Virus record (IMG/VR): IMGVR_UViG_3300029064_000011
Source of the DNA: a virus
Lineage: Duplodnaviria > Heunggongvirae > Uroviricota > Caudoviricetes
DNA length: 13,214 nt
Strand: one strand, 5' to 3'
The notes under the pieces were generated by a model. It was not told the origin of the DNA. It saw nothing but the letters and a program-made list of their open reading frames with translations, and made no database searches. The position numbers were made by a program, and so were the translations under genes. Shown here one piece after another: positions 1 through 6,784 of the stretch. Numbering within the stretch: the stretch's first letter is position 1; every line of letters starts with the position of its first letter.

Positions 1-1461
1 ATGAAAAAATTACTGCATCTTTTTTTCCCGCTCTCGCTGCGGGTACGTTTTCTGTTAGCAACGGCAGCAGTAGTATTGGTGCTTTCGCTTGCCTACGGAA
101 TGGTTGCGCTGATCGGTTATAGCGTCAGTTTCGATAAAACCACGTTTCGGCTGTTACGTGGCGAGAGCAATCTGTTCTATACCCTTGCGAAGTGGGAAAA
201 CAATAAGTTGCATGTCGAGTTACCCGAAAATATCGACAAGCAAAGCCCCACGATGACACTAATTTATGATGAGAACGGGCAGCTTTTATGGGCGCAACGT
301 GACGTGCCCTGGCTGATGAAGATGATCCAGCCTGACTGGCTGAAATCGAATGGTTTTCATGAAATTGAAGCGGATGTTAACGATACCAGCCTCTTGCTGA
401 GTGGAGATCATTCGATACAGCAACAGTTGCAGGAAGTGCGGGAAGATGATGACGACGCGGAGATGACCCACTCGGTGGCGGTAAACGTCTACCCGGCAAC
501 ATCGCGGATGCCAAAGTTAACCATTGTGGTGGTGGATACCATTCCGGTGGAGCTAAAAAGTTCCTATATGGTCTGGAGCTGGTTTATCTATGTGCTCTCA
601 GCCAATCTGCTGTTAGTGATCCCGCTGCTGTGGGTCGCCGCCTGGTGGAGTTTACGCCCCATCGAAGCCCTGGCAAAAGAAGTCCGCGAACTGGAAGAAC
701 ATAACCGTGAATTGCTCAATCCAGCCACAACGCGAGAACTGACCAGTCTGGTACGAAACCTGAACCGACTGTTAAAAAGTGAACGCGAACGTTACGACAA
801 ATATCGTACGACGCTCACCGACCTGACCCATAGTCTGAAAACGCCACTGGCGGTGCTGCAAAGTACGCTGCGTTCTCTGCGTAGTGAGAAGATGAGCGTC
901 AGTGATGCTGAGCCGGTAATGCTGGAGCAAATCAGCCGCATTTCACAGCAAATTGGCTACTACCTGCATCGTGCCAGTATGCGCGGCGGGACATTGCTTA
1001 GCCGCGAGCTGCATCCGGTCGCCCCACTGTTGGACAATCTCACCTCGGCGCTGAACAAAGTGTATCAACGCAAAGGGGTCAATATCTCTCTCGATATCTC
1101 GCCAGAAATCAGCTTTGTTGGTGAGCAGAATGATTTTGTCGAAGTGATGGGCAACGTGCTGGATAACGCCTGTAAATATTGCCTCGAGTTTGTCGAAATT
1201 TCTGCAAGGCAAACCGACGAGCATCTCTATATTGTGGTCGAGGATGATGGCCCCGGTATTCCATTAAGCAAGCGAGAGGTCATTTTCGACCGTGGTCAAC
1301 GGGTTGATACTTTACGCCCTGGGCAAGGTGTGGGGCTGGCGGTAGCCCGCGAAATCACCGAGCAATATGAGGGTAAAATCGTCGCCGGAGAGAGCATGCT
1401 GGGCGGTGCGCGGATGGAAGTGATTTTTGGTCGCCAGCATTCTGCGCCGAAAGATGAATAA
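1..1461 (+). CDS. phoQ: Sensor histidine kinase PhoQ of the PhoP/PhoQ two-component system, complete 486 aa
   Basis: Full-length ORF with ATG start. Two hydrophobic segments flank a periplasmic domain containing an acidic patch (EDDDDAE), followed by a phospho-acceptor H-box ([10 protein letters not shown]) and ATPase motifs ([20 protein letters not shown]). Matches enterobacterial PhoQ as I remember it. Confidence 0.96.
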   Translation: MKKLLHLFFPLSLRVRFLLATAAVVLVLSLAYGMVALIGYSVSFDKTTFRLLRGESNLFYTLAKWENNKLHVELPENIDKQSPTMTLIYDENGQLLWAQRDVPWLMKMIQPDWLKSNGFHEIEADVNDTSLLLSGDHSIQQQLQEVREDDDDAEMTHSVAVNVYPATSRMPKLTIVVVDTIPVELKSSYMVWSWFIYVLSANLLLVIPLLWVAAWWSLRPIEALAKEVRELEEHNRELLNPATTRELTSLVRNLNRLLKSERERYDKYRTTLTDLTHSLKTPLAVLQSTLRSLRSEKMSVSDAEPVMLEQISRISQQIGYYLHRASMRGGTLLSRELHPVAPLLDNLTSALNKVYQRKGVNISLDISPEISFVGEQNDFVEVMGNVLDNACKYCLEFVEISARQTDEHLYIVVEDDGPGIPLSKREVIFDRGQRVDTLRPGQGVGLAVAREITEQYEGKIVAGESMLGGARMEVIFGRQHSAPKDE

Positions 1462-2062
1462 ATATGTCCTTTTATCACCACAGCAAGACAACCCATTGAT
1501 TTAATTAAACAACCCACACTGCAAAAAGTGCTAAAAACAGCAAATTGACTACACCATTAACTACACCGTTCGGTGCACTGTATGAAACAACGTGGAACAA
1601 ATAGACACAAGAAATATACAGGCGGGTAATCTTTCCAGGGGGAAGCGCACCAATTCATGAGGGGCGTTAATGTCGATATGGGGATCCCCATAACGGGGCT
1701 ACCGGATTTTTTTTCCGGTTAACTGTTAATCAGGCTGGTGGGTTTTACCTGTTCGGTAGGAGTTATGATTATCGTAATACCTTTCCCCCAGTGGGGTAAA
1801 AGCTCCAACCGTAACGATGTTCGTTGTGGTTGCCTTGATGGTCTGCGTGGTCATTATGACCATTCAGAATATGAAGGGTGACGCTTCCGACTTCCTCAAA
1901 TTGAGGTTTCCGAAAATATCAGCGGGTTAGCGATTAATCTGACCATTAATTAAACTACGAAAATTTCGTAGTTTGTGAATATATTCCGGCCTTCTGATTA
2001 ACAGTCCTCAGATGTGAGGGATGTAGCCAGCGCAATTTTGCGTTATCGGGAATATCAGCAAG

Positions 2063-2344
2063 TTACCGCCGCAGCCGTTCCGGCTTCTTCCAGTGGTACG
2101 TTATTTTTTCTTTCTCCCGATACAGTTCAACGCGGCGATTGTAGGCCAGCATTTCAAGAACGCGGTTCCGTATGTTGCGCATATCAACGCCATTAAGTTC
2201 TATACCATCACGGCGCATCACTTCCGCTACAACACGCACATAATTTTCAGCGGTCACGCTGTCCGGCTGTGTGGCCTGTTCGTCATGCTGCTGGCTGATT
2301 CCGGCGACGCGGCGGATTAATCCCAGTAGTTCGGCTTCTGTCAT
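2063..2344 (-). CDS. Hypothetical protein, 93 aa, last island gene next to the left junction
   Basis: ORF with GGGGG Shine-Dalgarno 5 nt upstream of ATG at 2344. No family recognised. The overlapping + strand ORFs 2014..2196 and 2093..2320 are treated as antisense artefacts. Confidence 0.5.
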   Translation of the reverse strand: MTEAELLGLIRRVAGISQQHDEQATQPDSVTAENYVRVVAEVMRRDGIELNGVDMRNIRNRVLEMLAYNRRVELYREKEKITYHWKKPERLRR

Positions 2345-2374
2345 TGTGCCCCCATCGCTCTGATAGTCTGGTGT

Positions 2375-2575
2375 CGTCGGGTCCTTCCTGGAATTATGGC
2401 CCGTTACGGGGCGGCGACCTCGCGGTTTTTATCTGTTTATGAGAATTTTCCGGCAAAAGTCAGATCCGATCTTCTTCTCTGTAACAGACTGTTTAACAAT
2501 GAAAATATTAAAAAAAGAAAGGATCTGACACGAGGCATTTTAGCCAGAAAATGCCATTATCAGATCCTTTCTCAT
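2375..2575 (+). other. Lambda-type cos site, copy A (cosQ-like, cosN, full cosB-like region), + strand orientation
   Basis: 2399-2453 reads cccgttacggggcggcgacctcgcggtttttatctgtttatgagaattttccgg, closely matching the lambda cos junction as I remember it. Cohesive-end 12-mer GGGCGGCGACCT at 2408-2419. Upstream cgggtccttcctgg resembles lambda cosQ. Downstream has ttcttcttc, aaaagaaagga and nested inverted repeats (AAAGGATCTGA 2516-2526 / TCAGATCCTTT 2561-2571 around GGCATTTT-agccag-AAAATGCC 2534-2555) that parallel the lambda cosB region. Confidence 0.8.
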
Positions 2576-2599
2576 TTTTGTTCAATAATTGCGCGTCTG

Positions 2600-3142
2600 T
2601 TACTCGCCTTTCTTCTGTAGCAACTTTTCCGGTACGTTTCCGGTTGTTTCTTTCAAGTAATCAGCCAGTATCTGTGGGAGGTTGTCGGCAACTCTGGCAC
2701 TGGCATTACAGGCTTTAACCACTTCCCTTTTAAGCCTGTCCAGCATGGCGGGGGTAATCTGTGGGAAGCTCCTTTGCATAGTAAGCGGGAGGCTGTCCAT
2801 GATTGATGAAATCTGACTCGCCAGCTTTGAAAGCGCGTACAGGCAAAACTCAGTATCAATCACGTCACCGCGATCGCGATCGTTTTTAAGTTCCTGCGCC
2901 TCTGCCTGTGCTGTCAGTAATCTGATCCTGACTCGTAAAAGTTCATCATCGTCAATCTCGCCTTTGTCGTTTATAAGCTGGCTAATTGCATTGTTAACCC
3001 TATTTTCTATCACGCTGGCAACATCATAAAACGCCTCACGGCCTTTACGCTCAACGGGAGTTACTCCCCACTTGTCGAACGCTGTCGCACTTACACGGCA
3101 GCTTTTCGCCATGTTTTTTTTGTTCATCAGATGAGATTTCAT
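2600..3142 (-). CDS. terS: Terminase small subunit, lambda Nu1-like, 180 aa
   Basis: Same length class as Nu1 (181 aa). Central and C-terminal segments (LTAQAEAQELKNDRD..., FCLYALSKLASQISSIMDSLPLTMQRSFP, LKREVVKACN) align with the Nu1 segments LTRAQADAQELKNARD, FCTFVLSRIAGEIASILDGLPLSVQRRFP, LKRDIIKAMN from memory. The N-terminal HTH region is more divergent. ATG at 3140-3142. Confidence 0.88.
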   Translation of the reverse strand: MKSHLMNKKNMAKSCRVSATAFDKWGVTPVERKGREAFYDVASVIENRVNNAISQLINDKGEIDDDELLRVRIRLLTAQAEAQELKNDRDRGDVIDTEFCLYALSKLASQISSIMDSLPLTMQRSFPQITPAMLDRLKREVVKACNASARVADNLPQILADYLKETTGNVPEKLLQKKGE

Positions 3143-3143
3143 T

Positions 3144-3181
3144 AATACACCAACTTAATTACTGCTTCAGGTTGGTGTATT
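3144..3181. promoter_or_regulatory. Inverted repeat AATACACCAAC(N16)GTTGGTGTATT directly upstream of the terS start
   Basis: Perfect 11-bp arms at 3144-3154 and 3171-3181. In the minus-strand mRNA the proximal arm covers the SD-like GGTG just before the ATG. Could be a protein binding site or a translational hairpin. Confidence 0.4.
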
Positions 3182-3253
3182 GCTTGCATCTTTCCCTTTT
3201 CATTCATAAAGATAGATCAAACAACAAAACCACCACCACCACCCTGAAAAGGC

Positions 3254-3317
3254 TCATAAATAGCGAAAATCCGCGAGGTCGCCGCCCCGTAACGGGTCCA
3301 TATGCCGGAAAGGACCC
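3254..3317 (-). other. Lambda-type cos site, copy B (cosQ-like plus cosN, short divergent cosB), minus orientation, directly upstream of terS
   Basis: Minus strand reads tacgggtcctttccggcatatggacccgttacggggcggcgacctcgcggattttcgctatttatga. The ACGGGTCCTTTCCGG and GGGCGGCGACCTCGCGG blocks match lambda cosQ/cosN as I remember them. The 12-mer occupies 3276-3287 on the + strand as its reverse complement. Sequence diverges from lambda cosB after tatttatga. About 140 nt separate cosN from the terS ATG. Confidence 0.8.
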
Positions 3318-3319
3318 GT

Positions 3320-3343
3320 AAAAAAAGCCGGATTTCTCCGGCC
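3320..3343 (-). terminator. Rho-independent terminator after the 137-aa gene
   Basis: Minus strand GCCGGA-gaaa-TCCGGC hairpin (3327-3342) followed by a 7-U run (3320-3326). Confidence 0.55.
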
Positions 3344-3348
3344 TTGTC

Positions 3349-3762
3349 TCAGATGGTTTTCAGTATGCGCTCGATGTCGCCATCATCGCCCGGGTTTCTG
3401 CCGTCGTATGCCATGCCAGCTGAAACGGCTTGCGGGCTGTGCATGTCCATAAAGTTTTCAAAGGCTGCGGTAAGCTCCGGCGCAACCTTCTGGCGTTCCT
3501 GCTCTATGGTCATGCTAAGGATGCTTTTAGCCGTACCAACATCGATACAAGGCACGTTTGCCATTGCACGTAACAGCGGCTGATAGTCGTTATGCTCATG
3601 AAGCGCCATAATCGCATCAGCGCGCGGCTTGTCCTGCTCTTCCAGTTTGTTGAGTTGATATACGGCCTCGTAGGTTGATAAACCTCTGTCAGCCATTGCC
3701 CGCGCTTCGGCTTTAAATTTACTCGCCAGCGGTAGCGTCATGATGCTTTCATTCGTTGCCAT
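3349..3762 (-). CDS. Hypothetical head-module protein, 137 aa
   Basis: ORF with AGGGGGAA SD 3-4 nt upstream of ATG at 3762. Sits between the decoration-protein gene and cos copy B. No family recognised. Confidence 0.6.
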   Translation of the reverse strand: MATNESIMTLPLASKFKAEARAMADRGLSTYEAVYQLNKLEEQDKPRADAIMALHEHNDYQPLLRAMANVPCIDVGTAKSILSMTIEQERQKVAPELTAAFENFMDMHSPQAVSAGMAYDGRNPGDDGDIERILKTI

Positions 3763-3774
3763 CGTTCCCCCTGC

Positions 3775-4110
3775 TTATCGGGCCAGCGGCTGAACGGATA
3801 CGCCAGAACCCGCAAAGGCGGCGCATTTTTTCGCATCGGTGTCGACGCTCTCGGGCCAGTTCACGGCGGCGATATTAAAGATCCCCGTCTTGTAGCACTG
3901 TGCTGATTTCTGCTTTGACGTGTCCACGGGGTACGAAGTCAGATAAACAGCCTTTCCGGACGCCTGACCATCCCACGGCTTAAACTCGCCATTGTCCGCC
4001 AGCATCAGCGGGGTAAATTCCTGAATGACGCCAGCATCAGCGGCAAAATGTACCAGCGTCGTGGATACCTGCTGACTGCCTGCAAATAACTCAATGTATG
4101 GAGTGTTCAT
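3775..4110 (-). CDS. Head decoration protein, lambda gpD-like, 111 aa
   Basis: Motifs TPLMLAD, WDG, YKTGIF, NWPE and KKCAAFAGSG align with lambda gpD (TPLMLD, WDG, YKSGTF, WPE, KKRTAFAG) from memory. Similar length to gpD (110 aa). GGGGGA SD 5 nt upstream of the ATG. Confidence 0.8.
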   Translation of the reverse strand: MNTPYIELFAGSQQVSTTLVHFAADAGVIQEFTPLMLADNGEFKPWDGQASGKAVYLTSYPVDTSKQKSAQCYKTGIFNIAAVNWPESVDTDAKKCAAFAGSGVSVQPLAR

Positions 4111-4121
4111 AGAATCCCCCG

Positions 4122-5177
4122 TTAACCAATTTTGACGGTAACAAATTTGCGAATGTCTGCCGGCACCGGCTGCGGTGCGCTGTGCGTCTGCACGTACTCA
4201 ATCGCCGGATCGCCGTCCTCAATCCAGTTTTTCGGGTAGTACATGTTTTGCGTTGCGCCCGTTCTTACCGCTTCCTGATCCATAATCGCACCATAAGCAA
4301 CCAGCCCTTTATTGTTGGTGTTGCCCAAGACCAGCAAATCAGGCTCAAGGAAATGTTTTTCGGTGCCGTCGCTGTCGGCGTATTTGCCGGAATAGACGAT
4401 AAGGGCAATATCGCCCAGATAGCCTTTAAAGCTCACCACTTCGCCCAGGTTTTTACAGGCCAGTTCTGCGGCGGATTCTGAACCACGGGAAAGATCGTAC
4501 AGTTCGCGGAATTTTTTAAAGCTGCGTAACGTGCGCCATACCTCAGCGCCCATAATCATGACGTTTGCGGGGCAATTGCCCTGATCCGCATAAAGCTCGA
4601 TATCATAGATTGGATCGTGGGTTTCTTTGTCCTGCTCGGACCATTTACGGCCTTTGGCCTGCTCTATGATGTTGTTTTCCGGCATCTTCCAGTCGATTTC
4701 ATAGCGTTCTATGCCTTCGCCCTCAATGATGTTTTTTCCGGTCGTTACCGCATTTACCGCCAGCCATTCAACACGCGCTTTAATAGCGTTTACCTGGCGG
4801 CGCATGTTGCCAGTAATCAGGCGCATACGGCGATAGGTTGGGTCGTTAAGCTGTGCCGGATCTTCTCCAGCCATGCGCATGATGGTTTTTGTTGGATCGA
4901 TTTCGTGCTTTGGCTTCATGTAGCCAGGTTTAATCGTGCTGGTTTCGTACCCTTTATCGCGCTGTACCTGGCTACCAACCATAGGCGAGCAAAACGCTGA
5001 CATAGTGACTTCTTCGGTGTCCAGGTTATCCAGCATGATGTTTTGGGTGTTGAATGTCGCTACTTTCGGGAAAAACAGCGTGGTAAACAGCGGACTAAAT
5101 TTAAATTCCGCAATATCCCCGCGATTCAGGTACGCAAAAAGCTGGTGAGTGTTAAGTGCCGTTGCTTTGCCTGCCAT
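4122..5177 (-). CDS. Major capsid protein, lambda gpE-like, 351 aa
   Basis: Collinear similarity to lambda gpE over the full length as I remember it: FKFSPLF vs FKFDPLF, KPGYMKPKHEIDP vs TPGYVKPKHEVNP, DPTYRRMRLI vs DPAYRRRRII, WRTLRSFK vs WALFRSFK, SFKGYLGDIALIVYSGKY vs SYKGMYGDVAIVVYSGQY, YPKNWIEDGDPA vs YPKNWVTTGDPA. GGGGGTGA SD. Start overlaps the stop of the upstream 68-aa gene (TAATG). Confidence 0.92.
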   Translation of the reverse strand: MAGKATALNTHQLFAYLNRGDIAEFKFSPLFTTLFFPKVATFNTQNIMLDNLDTEEVTMSAFCSPMVGSQVQRDKGYETSTIKPGYMKPKHEIDPTKTIMRMAGEDPAQLNDPTYRRMRLITGNMRRQVNAIKARVEWLAVNAVTTGKNIIEGEGIERYEIDWKMPENNIIEQAKGRKWSEQDKETHDPIYDIELYADQGNCPANVMIMGAEVWRTLRSFKKFRELYDLSRGSESAAELACKNLGEVVSFKGYLGDIALIVYSGKYADSDGTEKHFLEPDLLVLGNTNNKGLVAYGAIMDQEAVRTGATQNMYYPKNWIEDGDPAIEYVQTHSAPQPVPADIRKFVTVKIG

Positions 5178-5383
5178 TATTCACCCCCATAATTTTTATG
5201 CATCCCAAGCGCCGCAAGTAAATAAGAGCGTACAAGTGAACCTATCGACGGCTCCGGCGTCATCAGCGGATCCAGTCCAGCCGCCACGCCAGCCTCATAG
5301 TTTTTTTTGTGGCGCTGCTTGAGCACCTCCACGATTTCGGGGCTTATGTACACCGAAACACCGCCTTTTTTCTCTTCAGCCAT
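5177..5383 (-). CDS. Hypothetical small protein, 68 aa, translationally coupled to the capsid gene
   Basis: ORF ending in TAA that shares one base with the capsid ATG. GAGGAA upstream of its ATG. First gene after the putative capsid-operon promoter. Function unknown. Confidence 0.5.
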   Translation of the reverse strand: MAEEKKGGVSVYISPEIVEVLKQRHKKNYEAGVAAGLDPLMTPEPSIGSLVRSYLLAALGMHKNYGGE

Positions 5384-5418
5384 AGTAAGAAATTCCTCTT
5401 CGACTTAAAAAATCATAA

Positions 5419-5468
5419 CTGGATGTTCATCCAGCTCTGATTATAATCATGATTGCATTTTGTGCAAT
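5419..5468 (-). promoter_or_regulatory. Putative sigma70 promoter of the capsid operon with two overlapping palindromes
   Basis: On the minus strand: -35 TTGCAC (5462-5467), 16-nt spacer, perfect -10 TATAAT (5440-5445, inside the palindrome GATTATAATC). Palindrome ATTGCA-N5-TGCAAT (5452-5468) overlaps the -35. Palindrome CTGGATG-TT-CATCCAG (5419-5434) sits at the predicted start site. Confidence 0.45.
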
Positions 5469-5544
5469 GATATTGAGTTGTGTTGCAAATTATGAAATGA
5501 TTATCCCGATCATGTGTGTCAGTGCACCAAAAAGCCTCATATGC

Positions 5545-5586
5545 AAAAGCCCGATAAGCCACCTCTGACCTTATCGGGCTTTTTTA
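5545..5586 (+). terminator. Strong hairpin with flanking A and T runs (intrinsic terminator, mainly + direction)
   Basis: GCCCGATAAG (5549-5558), 11-nt loop, CTTATCGGGC (5570-5579), then TTTTTT. Preceded by AAAA, so weakly bidirectional. No annotated + strand gene upstream. Confidence 0.45.
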
Positions 5587-5760
5587 TCTGCCTGCAAAGA
5601 TGTCGAACAAAAATTAACCATAACCATCATCTTTTTTGCATCAAAACAATTAAAAACAATAAATTACGCTCATGATGATGATGACGATAAAATCACAAAA
5701 ATGCGCTTTTTTCCGCGCCTCCCGCCCCGTGTTCAGGCCCACCCCGCCAGGAGGCCCCGT

Positions 5761-5782
5761 AAAAAAGCCGGATTGCTCCGGC
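5761..5782 (-). terminator. Rho-independent terminator after the SSB-like gene
   Basis: Minus strand GCCGGA-gcaa-TCCGGC hairpin (5767-5782) followed by 6 U (5761-5766). Nearly the same sequence module as the terminator at 3320-3343. Confidence 0.55.
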
Positions 5783-5798
5783 TTCTGTCACTCGTCGC

Positions 5799-6221
5799 TT
5801 AAAACGGTATGTTATCCCCGTACGGATCATCATTCCCCGCCTGTTGTTTTGCCCTGTTCAGCGCGTCAGTAGCCTGGCCCTGTTGACCTTTTTTGCCGCC
5901 CAGTCGCGCCGTTCGCGCACTGATTACACTGTCTGCGATAACCTGCCAGCCCTGCCGCGTTTCTCCGTTCTGCCCAGTCCACTGGCTGATCTGCATGTTA
6001 CCCGCCACGCTCAGGAGTTCACCCTTGCGGTGCCTTTCCAGTGCTTCGGCCTGTCTGCCAAATGCCAGGACGGATAACCACATCGTCGCCGTTCCGTCAT
6101 CTGCCTGGCTGCACGGAAGGGGGACCGCCATACGTGCCAGCGTCATTGGTGTGCCCTTGCTGGTCTGTTTTACCTGCGGGTCGTCCACCAGCCGCCCGTA
6201 AGCTGCTATCTGTGCTGTCAT
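5799..6221 (-). CDS. Single-stranded DNA-binding protein (SSB-like), 140 aa
   Basis: Short OB-fold-like N-terminal region, Gly/Gln-rich linker, and the acidic C-terminal tail ending DDPYGDNIPF, typical of bacterial and phage SSBs (DDDIPF). ATG overlaps the stop of the upstream gene (ATGA). Confidence 0.75.
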   Translation of the reverse strand: MTAQIAAYGRLVDDPQVKQTSKGTPMTLARMAVPLPCSQADDGTATMWLSVLAFGRQAEALERHRKGELLSVAGNMQISQWTGQNGETRQGWQVIADSVISARTARLGGKKGQQGQATDALNRAKQQAGNDDPYGDNIPF

Positions 6222-6496
6222 GATTCCACCTCTCCGGTTTTAACGTTGATGGTTGTTACCTGTTCCGCTTCGGCAATCTCCCGCTCTGTCAGCGTGGCAA
6301 AATTTGCCGCCGTCGTGGTCATGAATGCGCTTATCAGTTCGGGATGTGCTTTCGCGTATCCTTCCCCCGCGTGGCGGTCTATCGTTCTGATTGCCACCTT
6401 TAAAGCGTGCTCTGTCATGTCTAACGCGCGATATTTCGGTTCTGTTCTGTCTCTGCGTTTTTTGAGTGATTTATTAAATTTCCCTGAAGTGTGCAT
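6218..6496 (-). CDS. Hypothetical protein, 92 aa
   Basis: ORF between the origin and the SSB gene, stop overlapping the SSB start. The SD is rather far from the ATG, so the start is uncertain. No family recognised. Confidence 0.45.
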   Translation of the reverse strand: MHTSGKFNKSLKKRRDRTEPKYRALDMTEHALKVAIRTIDRHAGEGYAKAHPELISAFMTTTAANFATLTEREIAEAEQVTTINVKTGEVES

Positions 6497-6543
6497 ATTT
6501 ATTTTTACCCCCTCGTTTAAAAAGTTTTGAGTTGTGCCTCCCC

Positions 6544-6772
6544 TTGTCTACCTTATCTACCTTAGTGGCCCTCATACCAGTAATGGCGCGGCTTTCAGCG
6601 GGGTAGAGTGCTTTTATCCACTATCTACCCCGTGTCTACCTCCCTGTCTGATTCAGGTAAAATCAGGTAGAGAGGGTAGATAGTGGGTAGACAGTAAAAA
6701 AAGGTTATCTACCTAACTTAATGCACTGAATTAAATGTATTTTTCTTTACTCAGGTAGACAGGGTAGACAGC
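6544..6772. repeat. Iteron array, putative replication origin
   Basis: At least 11 copies of GGTAGA(C/T)AG or its complement in both orientations (for example 6545-6552, 6554-6561, 6622-6629, 6632-6640, 6666-6672, 6674-6681, 6685-6693, 6705-6712, 6754-6762, 6764-6772), with an AT-rich stretch at 6693-6750. Lies immediately 3' of the primase-helicase gene. Confidence 0.7.
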
Positions 6773-6784
6773 AATTACAAAAAA

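Noticed and set aside
286-1517. Minus-strand ORFs 286..471, 943..1224 and 1296..1517
   Set aside because: Embedded antisense in phoQ or overlapping its 3' end, with no recognisable motifs.
1758-1881. Short + strand ORF (about 38 codons) with an AGGAG motif in the phoQ-island junction
   Set aside because: The AGGAG ends only 2 nt before the ATG, too close for a functional SD, and there is no other support.
1462-2062. A tRNA or tmRNA gene as the integration target in the junction region
   Set aside because: No cloverleaf-compatible sequence or conserved T-loop motif seen by eye. The matching att at the integrase end lies outside the window.
2014-2320. Plus-strand ORFs 2014..2196 and 2093..2320
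   Set aside because: They overlap the 93-aa minus-strand ORF, which has the better SD, and their translations are low-complexity.
4182-5148. Plus-strand ORFs 4182..4481, 4617..5000 and 4936..5148
   Set aside because: Antisense to the gpE-like capsid gene, which has strong homology and a good SD. No independent support.
2375-5383. Interpretation as a decayed lambdoid prophage remnant
   Set aside because: Gene order differs from lambda, the module sits in a compact integrase/AlpA/primase/origin backbone with intact SD sites and coupled genes, and two cos sites are present.
5672-6223. Plus-strand ORFs 5672..5872, 5844..6077, 5893..6201 and 6041..6223
   Set aside because: They overlap the terminator region and run antisense to the SSB-like gene. 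Pro/Ser/Cys-rich translations.
6544-6772. Possibility that the GGTAGACAG repeat cluster is a CRISPR array
   Set aside because: Repeats are only 8-9 bp, occur in both orientations with irregular spacing, and there is no leader or cas gene. Iterons fit better.
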